Source: Lingula anatina
Lineage: Eukaryota > Animalia > Brachiopoda
DNA length: 64,000 nt
Assembly: GCA_051362555.1 (NCBI GenBank)
Contig: CM120640.1
Coordinates: forward strand, 19,902,001 to 19,966,000
Direction: 5' to 3'
The notes beneath the pieces were generated by a model, which was not told the origin of the DNA, ran no database searches, and was given only the letters and a program-made list of their open reading frames with translations. The stretch's first letter is position 1, and the number at the start of each line of letters is the position of its first letter. Positions 41,458-56,500 of the stretch are shown in pieces. The position numbers were made by a program, and so were the translations under genes.

Positions 41458-44400
41458 TTAAGCATACACATTACTCCACTGAGTAATCTTAATTTGAAAT
41501 GAAAACTGAGCAAATTTTTGATACTTAATTTCTTAAACCAGTGGCCAAAGAACCTTTGAAATATGGATGTATGACATAACTGTTTATCAGACAATTTTTT
41601 TTTTTTTCTGATTTGTGCCAGACAATAACAAATATGTACAAAAAGGATAAATGTACCAGAATTGATTTTTGGTCCCTGTTCACCTTAGGTGTGTTCATTG
41701 AAATTGCAAGCACATCACACATGGTATAAAATATTGATACAAAACATATTTTTTAAAACACTTACTTGACAACAAATTTGATGTTGCAGAAAAAATACAA
41801 CAATTTAAAGCTACCTAAGAAAATGAAACAAAAGATCAAAATATTAATATCATAATGGCCTGTAAGTTTCAAAACAAAACCAATCAAATTCAAGCAGTAT
41901 TAATCTCTGCACAATACAAATGCACTTCATCACACCTCTTTTAGAATTCATTCCTAATGGTTTATCCCTGTAAGCTATAGTACAGCAAACAGGACCAGAT
42001 ACCAATGGCATAATAGTTTGTGCAAAATGTTCTGCTTCACAATGCAGCAAGCCATTATACATGAACACTACGGTGCCTTACCACACCCCTTATCTTTCCA
42101 TTACCAACAAATCCTTTTTTCCCTTCAATTGTTTCTACACTTTACATGGCGACTGGGGCTTTTTACCATGAGAGACATATCAAAAAGTTTTTGTACTAGA
42201 TCTAAATTAAGTGCATTCAAAGGCAGATTTTTGGATAGTGGTCCAAAAAACCCAACTGACAAAACTGTATGATTGATGTAGCCTTATCGGTAATTCTCCA
42301 TTAATGCACAAAGCACAGAGCCCTTCCCACTAAGAACAAAGTTTTTCAATAGAAATTATTCTCCTGATGTGAAATTCAAATGACTGAAAATCTACTTCAC
42401 CGAAAAAAATACTATATGAGTAGTCTGTCAAGTCTCTTTATGCATAGTGAAATGATCATTATCAAAGGAAGCAAACTGCACTACAGTGGTGACCTCTAGA
42501 GTTTCAAACTCGACATGAAACTTAAATTTATTTGACAAATTTTTCTACATATGTGAACCTGAATTTGAAGAAGAATTCATATAAAAATAAAAATGAAGAA
42601 AAATAATAATAATAATCAGTGAGATCTAGGGGTGCACTTCTTTCCCTTTTATATGACAAACTGACTTTTTTATTGTGTAATCATTTGCCTTTGGATGTTC
42701 TGTTATCATAAATTCATTTTTCTAAATTACTTTCACTTCCCAGAATATAAAGATGAAGGGCACTGAATACACAGTGAGTGATGCGTTTGAGAGCATCTCA
42801 CCTCTTACTGACTCAAACAACCCTTAATTGAGTAATTTTCTACTCTAATTTGTGTACTTGCCTTAAGTCAGAAATAAAAGTTCAAACGATCACACAGACT
42901 GCCAATTATTCTGTTTCTATTTTTTCTACTCCCTCCCCCCTCACATAGCTGAATGTAAATGTCAGTCTGCCTCCAGTGATCACAATGACTGTCCAGTCAA
43001 CCAGACCACTGATATATAAAGTTATTTTCGAGTCTCTTTTAGTAATAAACAAATCATAAACTTACAACCAAGGTCATAGAATAACCACAGAGAAAAAAAT
43101 TGTCATAAAGGTAATTGCACCATATTATCACATAGGGGTAAGATCTATGCCACCAAAGTAAATCATGTATCCCCTGACTCGATCACTAACCTTGTACTGA
43201 AAAGTCTGGAAGCGGCAACTAGAAAGCATGGAAACATACTGCATCATGGCAAACTATGTCTACTAGATCTCAAACACTTCTATCCACTCTTCTTCAGAGT
43301 GGCAATAATCAGGCATGAGGAATTTTATTATTTCAATCACATTGTCCTAATCCAACAGAATTGTATTGTCTGTGTATGTTTGGAGATGGGGGCCCCCAAG
43401 TGTCATTAGCTGCACTCCTAAATTGATTATTTTTGTACTCGGTTTGTGTAGGGCAGTCACACTCCATGGAGAACTAAAGAAAAGCGCATCAATAAGTTAA
43501 ACAGGGAGAAATTAAATTTTCATGTCTGCTAATAAATCTTAATGATTTAATATAAATAATCCATAATTTTGTAAACACAACAAAGAATACAGTTTTTGAA
43601 TTCGATTATAGCCTGGAAAATCTCAGAAGTCGATGCGCAAGTGTGGCCCTCGTAGGCTAACACTAATGAGATTTAAATCTACTCTCACTATAAGACTGGG
43701 ATCCTACCACTGTTTCTCTATTGATCTATGCTTAATGTGTGGAGCTTACAAAATATAAATGAAAAGCTGATTGTACTCAAAAGTAATTACTGCCTCAAGT
43801 TATTGTTTATTTCAGACAAATGCTATTGATAAAATGGCAGGGAAAGGCAAGCAAAAACTGCAACTGTTACAAATTGGTTCAATGAAATTACTGAAGAAAA
43901 AAATATGGCATGGCATAATAAAATACTTTTACAAATATTCAGACCTTGGCAGAAATTGATTCTTGTTTTGTTTCAAATTCTCTTTTGTAGCCTTTTATTA
44001 AAGAGACAAAGCTCTAGGTCTATTATTCCCTATGCAAAGTTTGTTGACAAATACTTCATCAGACACATTCACGCAATACACGAGCAACTCTAAATTATCA
44101 GTGACAAATTCAGCGCAGCTTTTTCCCCTGCTGAACATGCACTGTCAAATTTCAAATTTTCCCTAGGAACTAGTCAGATGTGTGTTGTTCTGGCATCAAA
44201 ACAAATGTTCTGTTACATACAAAATCACTTTTCTTTCTTTAATAGGTGATATCGTTTGACTGCCTGAACCACAAAGGACAACATAAGCAGCAACATAAAA
44301 AATGTAAATGTTGATTCCAAACCTCAACCCACATGACCGTTTCAATGAGAAGTAACTCTATGCAGACAATAGCTATTTGTGAAGCAATTTCACAGAATCT

Positions 44401-47400
44401 CTCCTTGTAACATAACCACATAACTATGTCCGTGTGCTGCAGTATCTGTCATGGTTTGATTACACGATACTAACTTAAACATTTTCTCTAAGGTCCAAGA
44501 CAAACATTTAGCGTTTCAAACTTTCCTGGGGGGCTTTTTTTAGGTTAATTATCATCCATAAACGAGCCAGATAATGTGAAACACAAGCAAGATGATACAT
44601 GTAGGAACATCAGTGGTGAAAAAAAAGGCAAGGTCCAATAAAGCGCTCCCCAGTTCACAGGTTAACAAATGATGGGTGGTTTGTATCTGGTAATAAACTG
44701 ATAATCATGCCAAATAACCAATTACATCAATATTAAAAAAAACTTAGTTTTTTTCCACTTTTGTACAACAGCAAATTTTAATCACAGTTGCTCTTTTTCA
44801 TGTTCAACATGCATCTTGATGTTACACTAGAAGTGATAGTAGTTGGGCTATGACATCCACTCTACGAGCTGAGTGCAGTTAAGGTTCAATTCAACACCTA
44901 CCCAGTCCCAGTATACTGTTAAAACAGCAACAACTTGAAAACTCAGCCAACTGTAACAGAGCTGCTTATACATTTAGATCATGAAGCAATTTTTCCATTT
45001 CACTTCAATTGTCAACACAGGATCATTAAATGTTTAACCCAGACATAGGGCCTGGTTTGTTTGGGTGTGTAATATGGGACTCCCCTATCCCCCAGGGCAA
45101 CCATGTCTGGATCCAAAACCAACCAACCATACTGGTCTAGAGTTACCAGTCAAAACAAAGCCAACTTTTAATTAATTTATCTATTCAGCTACCTTCCAGT
45201 GTTCTTCATAATACCCTTGGCTAAAATAATACTAAAATCAATTTTCATGTGATAATTTTTACTAAAATAATTTTTTAAAATGCTATGTCTTTTCAGAACA
45301 GATTTATAAAGAAACATTGGCAGTAAATTTTCAATTTTTAAAAAGATGTCTTTAAAGAAAGGAACATGACACGCTTATCCTTCATGACCCCTAGGGTTCC
45401 TTCCCTGCAGGCAATTCTCTGGGGCATGCCTTAATAAAGGCACAATCGTTATTGACTTCTCCTCCATAACCTTCTTGAGAAAAATAAACAACTTTACCAT
45501 CAAAATTATAATTGGGGCAAGACTAGGGAAAACATCAGCCCATTTAGAATCTGCACAAGAGTGGAATGGGGGCATTCAAGTGTGAAATTAAATAAAACTT
45601 TGCAGAATAAGATTTAATCAAAGATTATGCCCAGGTTGTCTGGCTATCCCAGACAAGCCCCGCCTTTTTCTTTTGCTGATAGGAACGGTAAAAATTTCAC
45701 CAATCAGAGCATTTTTGGTTCCACTTTGCTCAGTTGCTGAACCACTTGCGATTAAGTTTCTTTTACATTTTAATCATTAAACTGAAATTAAATAGCCAAA
45801 AAATAAAAGAGAAGAATTGTTAAAATTTAAACTTTAATAATGTATTCGTACTTCATTTAGCTTTGTTCTTGTATTTTTTCAGAAGAACTAATTGTTCTTA
45901 AATCCACTGTAATCTTAGATTTAAGTCAACTTTAAAAAAGGAACCTGTAAATTTTTTTATTTCCTAAATTCTGCATGCATAAGCTTCTTATCCCTTTTCT
46001 TATAAAATCAAACCCTGAATTTTACTACCTAACAAAATCTAATTGGCAGAACTTCAGAATTTCTTTTTCCAAAGGACAACACCCAAGGGGAAAAACACAA
46101 CCCCAAAAAAACTCTTGGGGGCAAGAAAAAAAGATATCATCTTCTAAAACATGTTGTGTTATGAAAGCCCTATGGAGAAAGGCTGAAGGGTACTAATAGT
46201 GGTAAATGACTCCGGTTTTATGTGAAGATCATAAACTTTTGCTAACTACTACCTTGGCAGAATTAAGACTGATGGTATTCTAAGCAAGTGTTCAGGCCCC
46301 CACCATTAGCTTGGTCAGAGGGGAACAATGGAGCTTTATCTTCCTATGCATCATTTTCAACAATACGCAGGTTTAGCTCTAGTCGGCATTGTGTGCCATG
46401 AGACAGGTAAAAATCACCCATTCAAAAGGAGAATAACAACACTTTTGAATTAATAAATGAAGTTAAAATGCACGATGACATTCATTTCATGGCCGGCTAC
46501 CACCTCTCTGCACATTAGGGAAAAAATCAATGGGCTGATGTCATGGTCGAGGAAGTGGCCGTCAAACTCTTCGTGGATCAAATGCATCTTTGTATTTATA
46601 CTGCCTTCTGACCCTTACGGTGGCAAAAAATTAATCATCCCCGAACAAAAAAGGGGAAAGACATCACCATATTGTAAATACACGAGTTTTGCATGACCAG
46701 TTCAGAGTGCTTTGCTGTTTTGCACAATGCCAGAAAAAAGCTACACTGCATCAGTGCGCCTCTGCAATTTTGCAATCTATCAAAAGTAGCATAAAATACT
46801 AACAAGTCACAACAGCCAGACAGCTATTGTGCATGAGTGCATTTCAAAAATGATCATCTCATGTAGGGAAGACATGCCATTGTGTGCCTCCTCTAAAAAT
46901 ATTTGCCTTCGACATCACCCCTTTTATAAAACATGCTTGCTTGAGCACAAAAATTGTCCCATCGAGGGAAGAGAAAGAGGGAGTCTATTAAGTCAAAGTT
47001 ATTACTGCCCCGATGGTATTCACAACTGACATATTCAGCCAAAAGTCTTTTGTTTTGCTCCACACATTTTGGTTTGCGCTGCATGCCAGAGGACTTTCAC
47101 CTGCTCATCACATTCACATGCCTTCACTTTTCCCCCCATCTCACAAACTTTGCAGCTATAAGCTACAAGCAGTCTTTCTATTTTTCTTATAAAAAACTCT
47201 TTTTGAGATTTGTGAATCATATTCCCATATGCTGCATGAAAGAACTTTTGTGAACACAAATATTCTGAACTATTTCATCTATTTTGTTAAAAGGAAGCAG
47301 AAATGAAAAAGGACAATCTGAAAAATGTATTAACTCCAACAAGCTGGGAAGAATTATACATACACTAAATTAGGGATAGAAAAAAAGGTGGACTTCGGCA

Positions 47401-50400
47401 ATAATTCTTTACACAGTCTATGCCCTCTTTTCTAAATTCTGCAGGCTGAACAAACCATTGAAAAACATTCATCTATCCATCACCTTTTAATTTTTATTAC
47501 CATAATTATGGGTTAGAAAGATGGAGACAGAAAACAGCTTATTTCATGCCCTATTGACTCTGAAATTTATGTTCTAACTTTACACACTTTGCATCCTAAA
47601 TTATACCATACAGAACTTGAGGCGCTATGAAGATTGATTATTGCAAGGGACTGAATGGTAAGGTAGCAGAAAGTCTCCCTTTCATTACCAGCATTTTTTG
47701 TCTATTCTTGTGTTTACAGCATTTAGAGCTGTCAATAGAACAGATATGACTTAAACCCATCTTTTCACATACTACAACCGACACGTGTCCGTGACATATA
47801 CTTAAAATAATTTGAAATAACTGCAGATCCCTGCAGATATGGTTTTCTGCAATAAATTATACCAATTTCACCATTTCCAGTTAAATAAAGTAAAATTCTT
47901 CAATTGAAAAAGATAACAATCAGATTGCTGAACAATGGAAAAGAAAATAACCTTGCCTCAGTAAGGTGAAAGTCTGCTTTCTGTCAACTATGAAACGGAT
48001 GATTATCTTTTGGAGTCCAAAAAAACCAAATACCCATTGGCAGGGCTTAAAACTATTCTAAAACCTGAAGTTGCAAAAACCAACATACCATAGGCTGTGC
48101 TTAGCGCACGCTTTTGTTAATGTTCTTCAAACGTGTTTACTTTTTTCATTGAACATCAACATTTTATAATGTTGAGCTAATGAAATTTTTGTCACACAAT
48201 AGTCAAACGTGTGCGAGAAGCAGTGATGCCCTTGCCCCTACAGCAAAATACAGCCGTCCCCTGACAAGCTCTATTTATCTTGAGCAAACTTACGTAAAAG
48301 TCACGTAGAAAAGAATAAAACTGAGAGTTAGAGCCCTGTTTAGTCTAAGCGGGCATACTCCTTGATCTATTTGATTTCTCTTGAGCAGAAAATGTGTTGT
48401 TATCTAAAATGGTTTGGTAAATTTTAACCATAATTGCTTTCCTCTGTTGTAAATGAAAATAAAACAACTTCAACAAGGGATTCTGTTTGCAAAGCTCCTC
48501 TCTGAAATGGCTGCAGAGAATTCCCAAAACACTTGCCCCTTATCTTATCAGATACCCCATCACCATATCACCCAAGGAATTATTGCTATGCAAAATTTGT
48601 AGCACGGAGGGGGGTTTGTGAAATATTTATCTTTAATGTATCTTAAACGTAAAACATTTTTTTCAAAATTATGAGGGAGTTAGCAAAATATTTTCACTGT
48701 GACATATATCATTTCCTCTTGCCATGTCTTTAAACAATCAAACTGAAAACAAAATCTGATACCAATGATGCTAATCAAGATATTCCTAAAACTGACTTGG
48801 CAACACCTTAATGCTTCTGATGAAAGGAGCAAAATCACTGATAATATCACAATTAATGCAAAGAACACATTTTGATCATTTGACTCATGTTTCCTTTCCA
48901 AGAAAAGTCTACCTTTAGATAAATTACATGCACATTCACATTACTTATATTCATGGAAAATGCCAAGTAATTACCTATTGTACTTCAGTAAGTCCATAAT
49001 GATACCTGAGAATGGAGGAACAAATGTATTATGTGACTTATGCAAAAAATTTGTTTTTATCTAAAAATATATTTCCCCTTATAAACAATATACTGTGTTT
49101 TTCTGATGACAACAACCATTCAACAACATATTTTCTTTACATTAAGCATATAACTTTATTGCTACAACTTTGTTCAAGTGGCATCTATCATGTTATTTTT
49201 CTTCCTTGTGCTTATGAACAGGAAGAGTGAATATTTTACAAGAAAAAATAAATAAATAAAATGTCCCATATAACTTGAGGGAATGGTCATTTGTCATTAC
49301 TTCTGTTTTTTTTAAATTCAAAACTAGATTTATAAAAAAAAAAAATTAGCTGCCACCATGCTCCCATCTTGTGAACAATACAATTAAGGTCAAAGTGCAA
49401 CATGAGCTTTTTTTCGAAATTCTTGACCGCATTGTGCATGTTCAAATTTGTTCCTATAGCAAATAGTTAGAAACCCCAGGAAAAAAATACTAAATGAAGA
49501 TTATTCCATATTTACATATTTACTGCAGATAATCCTGCAAGGCAGTGGTGAAACTTGCTTAGAAACTGAGCCTGACAAGAGACAAAATAAAGAAATAAAA
49601 TCAATTGCGATGTATTTTCATGTATCTTTTACACATCTACAGTGAAGACAAAAGTGAAATAATTCACTAAAAAGAAAGATAATTTCATTAAAAAATGTTT
49701 TTCACACATGCTTCCTCCCTCAGTGGCAAGAGTTCTTCACTTGATGATATTACTAAAACAGATAAAAGATAAAAACAAGGGATAACCATTCTTAAGGGGA
49801 TGACAGTGAGAGGGATCAAGGGAGAAAAATGGGACTTAAGTATCCTTGTTTCTTTTTTGGCATTATTAAAAGCACATTATCAGTCAAGTTGAAAAAGGTG
49901 GCCTCTTCACTCAACAGTCAGGCATAATAAATCTACATTTTGTCTCAATGAGAGTAAAGAATAAACAATGGGATACCCTTTCACATCATATTAGCCAAAG
50001 AAAAATAAACAACATTGGGCTACAATCCAAACTCAAAGCACGGTGATATTGAGGGCTATTTTCCTTGCATTGAAACCAAGGGAGGTAATTATAAGAAAAA
50101 AAGATACATTTTCTGCATGTGATTTTTTTTTATGACAGAGAGCAAGAGTGTAAGAGTGTTTAATGACCAGTTTCAACATATCAATAAGTTGTCCTTTGTT
50201 TTCTCCCATTTTGATACCAAATACACAGTGTATTATTTTGGTAAAAGTGGTTTACATTCAACAGTAGAATAGTAAAAAACAAGATTTTTAACAAGGAATT
50301 CCTTACTGATTTTAAGCCTTGTTAGTTTCACAATTAAACAAATAGAAATACAAAGAGCATCACAGTTCAGTTGTAAATCATAAAACCAAACCAAATTATG

Positions 50401-53400
50401 GAAAAGGCTTCAGAGAACAAAAAACTCCACCTATTGTTTTAAAGATGAATTACGCAATTAAATAACACCGTACGGAAGAAGACACAGAAATATGACAACC
50501 AATACTTAGTGTTATGGATTGATATTAAAGTCTAAATTGTTCTTTTCCTGCTTTGAGTATCAAAAACACTGTGTTGAAATGAGACAGACCCTTGCCTATA
50601 TTCTGACTTCTACAAAACTGACACATTAGATCGAAAAGGAAACTGAGACAAATAGAATGGAATAGGAACTGAGATAAAAAAAAAATAGAGGCGCGAGAGA
50701 CACACAGGAATAACAGTATTGTAGTGAATACACTGTAAACAAATATTTGTAAAGAGACCTATTCCACACTTCACACGAAGGAAAATGCATAGTATTCTCT
50801 ACTTGAACCAGGGAATATGAAACATCCTGCCAAGCTGACATAGGAATTATTTCATGGGTGGTAAAATGAGACAATGTACTGCTGATACTAATACTTCTCC
50901 TCTCATCTCCATTCTCAGTTTCAAATCCTACAACCTCGTGATTGAACAAACAACTGCTGTTCTTTGGAGCAAAGTGTTATATTATGCTCTAGACATGGCC
51001 TCCATAGCTGAATATATGCTACTTGCTCACTGGAATAGGTAGTTGCATTGAACAATGGCAAAGTATAACATCTTTGACCATATTATGATAATTGACAAAG
51101 AGGAGAGTAGATGTTACTTCATTTACAAACATCAACTGTGACATGCAGACCTGTCATCTACGACAAAAATGACAATACTGTGGAAGTCACCATGGAAATA
51201 CCTTTATGCCACATTGAATGGTTACAAGTTATCTTCATTAAAAATTGTCTGCTGATGAAAGAATTCCCCGTCTGCACCTGTTGCTCAGCAAATAAAAATG
51301 ATGAAAATGCTTCAATGCAGAATAAAAAGGTAAGTTTATTTCTGTCTTCATAGTTCATATAAAGTTGATGATCCTATAGAAACAAACTTGTGAGGTCACA
51401 ACCTATTGACCCTGTTATAAACGAAGCCCAGCCTTCTGCGTATTTCTTCATCAAGATGAATTATGCAAATAATAGTACATATTGTGAGATAATCAAACAG
51501 CCTTACTGGAGAGGCTTGAAAAAACTATTAAAAGATTATGTATCTGGAAATTTCATTACTGAAAACAAAGATTCAACATTTAACTAATAGGTAAAACAGC
51601 AAGTGGAGAAAATTGCTTTACAGAAAAAAAGAGTATTATTCTAATACTATTGAATATAATAGCATTAAATAAAAATCTTAAAAATTGATGGTTTCCACTT
51701 TCTTCAATATCATCATCTCTTCTTATTGATAACCCTACCTGAAGCTCTTAAACAAACCCACCAGTCTTCACCAAGGACCTGAACAAAATCACCATCAAAT
51801 TCAATCAGACGAATCGAGCTTATGGAATTTCTAAGTTTAATGAACTCTCTCTTGATGACTTTGACTTTATGCACCTTTGTGGGCACGTAACAAAAAAACT
51901 CAGTTTTGCTTCATTTACAAACACCACAAGACGAGCTCGGCCGATTAAGCAGCTGGCTCCAGGCCTGGGCAGACGACAGTTGCACCACTGAGCTAATTTC
52001 TTTTATCATTTAGCGACCTGGACACCCTGGAAAGGAGCTAAATAGAGAGAGTTATTAACATAAAAAAATAACAGTTATTCACCTCAAATATAAATAATCT
52101 GGCAAATACACCTCATAAGCCAACGAGACACAATGTGTTCAAACAGTATGACCGTGAGTACTAAGGGAAAGGTTATTATCCACTGATTTCAAGTTGGGTT
52201 TTTCTTTGTACCAGATTCTTTGTTACCGTTTTAAAGAGTCCTCCACACAAAGGCCAGGGGAATTTTGTAATTAGAACAGCAAACAAGTTAGGGGAGAAAT
52301 CTCACTTGGAAATCTCAATAATTCTGCCCTAGACATCAACAGACCCTGGTTTTGATGGCACACAAAGTTTTCTTGTGCGTTAAGGTAAATCAACATTTTT
52401 ATCAAGACCTCCACAAAAAAGCCATTTCTTTTGATATTTCTCACTCATCTGTTCACACACAATCATGTGTGAAATGTAAATAGGAAAGAATAGGGCATTA
52501 TTTATTATTCTTGCCCTAGACTGACTTAAGCCATGGCCCACTTGTTTGTCAACTATGGGTTGGGTAAGTGTTTTTAAAAAATAAATTACGCAAACGCCAA
52601 TGTTGTGTTAAATACATTTGTTCCTTCTGCTCCGCATGAAGGAAACAGCGACACAGTGACGACGCGGGCCTCGATGGCTTTTTCACTTTTCTAAAAGTCT
52701 GGTCATCCGAACAATAAAGAGATCAGGAGTCAACTCACTTTGCTTTTTATAACAATGAGAAATCATTTTCAGGGTAGAAAAGCAGGTATATAAACAACAC
52801 TCTACAAAGGCAACAGTTTCTGCCGCATTACTAAATGAACTCTTGGTGCAGCATTAGTTAGTTATCTTTTTATGTAATATGTGACTGTAAAAAATGAAAG
52901 ATAACTTTTTTCATAAACTAAGACAAGGTTGAGTTCAGAGATTATGTGCCCTCAGCATGATCCCCTGGGGCGACAAAGAAAACCAGGAGAAGTTATTGAC
53001 TCCCCCTATTTGTGGAACAACATTTGCTCTCTACCTAGTCAAATACTGTCTTTTTCTAAATGAATAGCATGAATTCCTATCCAACTTTTCAATTAGCGGG
53101 TGAACAGCAAATCTTGCAGAGAGACAAACAAAACCAAAAAGGGCTAGCCAAACAACAGCCCTAGGCAGAGCACTTTGTCCACAGATCTTTGAGTAACAAA
53201 ATGCGCAGCCAAAATTTGACCAGTCTGCTTAAAACTGCAGTACATAACTTTTGCTTTAAGAAGTAATGTTCGCGTCGGGTTGTGCAAATTTGCATGAAAA
53301 AAAAATTGAATTTTTCACTTATGCAAACTTTTAAGGTGGCTCACAAATTTCGATTGAAATGACACCTGCAAGCTTAGAAACATTTGATAAAGTTCGATTC

Positions 53401-53450
53401 TGTAAACCTGCCAGGTAAAGGATGCTTATTCTAAGGTTTCTTAATGTGCA

Positions 53451-53588
53451 AACTTTTTAATGAATTTGTCTTTCTGTTAAGGTCACCCTTCTGCGAACAC
53501 ACACATATGGGCAGTATCCCCCCTGTCATCTCACACGGTGACAAATTGAGGTCAACTTTTTAATGAATTTTTCTTTATTCTTAGGTCA
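53451..53588. repeat. Short diverged direct repeat, 35 bp x2, period 103
   Basis: aactttttaatgaattt(g/t)tcttt......aggtca at 53451-53485 and 53554-53588, with 5 mismatches. Confidence 0.6.
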
Positions 53589-56500
53589 AACTTGTGTTAA
53601 CTAGCAAAAGGGAACTCTCTCCATTTCACCTTTCAATAAAAGACAGACATTTCAGAAAAACAACGTTCCCAGGATTTTGTGAAGACAGTTCTTTTAAGAT
53701 AATTGTATAAATTTACAGAGCCATTTTCTTTGAAAATTATTCAATTAAAATTTAATAACTTGTGAAAAAAGAGGTGCACATAACTATAAAATTTAAATCA
53801 CAATTAAACAATCTCAATGAGTTGCATTTACAACTGGACCCTTATATCTCAGTATTAAATCATGGATCTTTGGGGAAAAACTAGAAATCAAATGGCCTAA
53901 AGCTGCCTAAAAAGGTTATCAGCGATGCCTCTATGTGCTGGTTATCAACACACAGTTAGAAATGCCAACTTTTTACTGTTTTCATAGAAATCTGAAAAAA
54001 AAATGTATTAGAAAAACAAAGTTACCAACAAAGAACTGCTTTTTTATTTCAACAAAAACAAACTGATTTCTACATATTGTCCATCTTCCTTAACCTCAAC
54101 AGATTTGCCCTGCCACTGAATTGCCAAGATAATTTCGAGCACAGAAGATAATCGTATCTCTCTCTTCCTTTATCTTTTTCACATATCCTTATTGTTTTCA
54201 GGGGAAAAAACTTGGGAAGGGGATGCTGATGTTTAGAAACAGATGTTTTTCATGAAATAAATAAATCCAGCTATATAGATTATGCCTATGGCTGATCATC
54301 TGTAAAAGATGAAACATCAAACCATTATGAGGTAAAAATATAAGTAATATTGTGTCATCCAAAGTAAAATTCTTTAAACCTGAAACTTTTCCAGAATTAA
54401 TTATGTAAAAATACTTTATTTCTTTCAAAATATACAATGAAATCTTATGTGCCAATAACTAGTAAACCTTCTAATTTCTATTTCAAGAGTTTTCAAAATA
54501 TTTATTTTATATTGCAGAATCTCACATAAAATTATTTTCTAAAAAATTACTTAGAGAACAGCTGCAGCTTGAGTATGATGGTGGGACCCGTTCTCAGCAT
54601 AGAAATTAGACAAAATACAGCTTGGGTGTGTTAAGGTAGGATTTGATTAAGTAGTGAAACTCAAACCTTATAACAGCCTTAAAGTAGCTTTACAATTGAG
54701 GCCTTGGTGAAAACCAAACCTCCCTAGAGAACTCAGCTATTTTTCTAGAATCGAACCTCTGTTACTGATCCGATGGGGGAAATAGCAATTGCTTCTGTCT
54801 GTAATGTTTTTTCTGTGATACTCTTGGTGCCGGTTTCCATTAAATATTTTTTCTACTTTAAAATTTTATTTTCACTGGACAAATGATGATTTCAGAAGAT
54901 AAATAATAATGAAAAATACTAACAAAAGCAAATTCTTTAGGTTTAAGTCCTGTTAAACTAACTGCAAGAACACGCAAAATTACATCCCAGTAAAATTTCT
55001 CAGATAAAATTCAACATCAGTATTTGAGTATCCAGTAACATTTGAAAGAAAAACATCATATGTGCAACAATCTTCTAACATTTCTAATAAATCTCAAGAA
55101 CATTTATAGCAAGGTATAAAATCTTCACTGGTATCAAATTTTCCTATAGCATTAAAAAACATGTTGCCTGAAACACCTGGTTGGGAAAAGGTAACCTTCC
55201 AACTGAGTTAACAAGACTTTGAGGAGATATTTTCTAACAAAAATACATCTTAAAAGAAGACAGTCTCATCTTTGCCCAACATGCAATAAATTGTACAACT
55301 TCAAAGTAGACTCTCAGGAAAAATAACCTCTGAAGAGTGTGGCTGTAGTCTACCCTATGAGGCTGGTTGCTATCTTCCCATCTCAAAGTCTTAATTAAAT
55401 CTGACATCCTATCATTAGGTGTCCCATCACTAGGGAGGGTGTCACTCTCCAAGGAGGTCCACCAATCAAATTCCATTCAATGAAATTACAGTTGGTTAAT
55501 TTGCCAGGGCTGCCAGCATGCATCACAACTTCTGCTATCATTCCTAGATGCTGAGAAAACCAACAGGGCAGTGTGTCCCTTATGCAACCTAAATATACAT
55601 GGAAAAGTTTGGAACTCTTAGAATGTGAGAGTTGTTTGTTGTTTTTCCCTCCATAGATCTTTCTTCTAGATTCTGCTCTCTAATGGACTCCCCTCTTTAC
55701 AACTGACAGCTGTATCATCTTGGTTTTAGAAACAATACTTGTCCATGCATTTTAAAGGGATTTCTGAAACACATCTCCGGCAACTGAATCTGACAGCTAT
55801 TACATAAGTGATTCATTGAACTCAAGCAGCTGTGAAAGGCAAAATACAATTTAATAGAGTATAGTTGATCTTAAAAGAACATTCACATCCAAATGATAAA
55901 ATGACATATGAGAAAATTACATACTCATAACTCAAATTTTCTTGGTAATCATTTCACCATTCATTACAGATGTGCACGGCATGAATATCTGTAATAATTT
56001 TGAAAAACTTTTTATACCATACGTCATACCTTAAATAATCATAAGGGTAGAAAAAATGTTTACAGATTTTAGTGATGGAAAGTTTAAGAATATACATAAA
56101 ACCACAACATGTAAGACATATCAGTTCCAACAGAGTAACAATCCTGGTCAGGAGGGTTGTCCGGAAAGCTCCATGTAATTCATTTCTTTTTTTTCTCCCT
56201 TTTAAAAATGCTTTGGAAATTACATCATTCTTGTATGTGTTTGGTTGAGGAAGTGGGCTGGGGTGGTCTGCAGTTCTGAAGACAGCATGTGGAGTATAGA
56301 GGAGGATGTCGATGTATCTCTGGCTGATTCTAAAGTACTTATCAATTTCCTAGCCAGCATGCAGGACACTGGCATACATGGTTTTGCCTAAACTTATACA
56401 ATGTAGCATAAATCATGGCTGTCCTTGCAAAGTTAACACTATGCTATGGTATCATTTCCTATAGGATACTTTTTAAAAGCAGCTGTCACATAAAATTCTT

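Noticed and set aside
45636-45656. Small perfect hairpin TTGTCTGG-ctatc-CCAGACAA
   Set aside because: An 8-bp stem is too short for a pre-miRNA and is expected by chance.
49000-49009. Six/So (TGATACCTGA) autoregulatory site and other TGATACC/TGACACC motifs
   Set aside because: The 7-mer cores occur at about the frequency expected by chance in this window, with no clustering.
39536-53493. Shared 15-mer aaggtcacccttctg at about 39536 and 53479
   Set aside because: Several 15-bp matches are expected by chance in 64 kb, and the flanks do not align.
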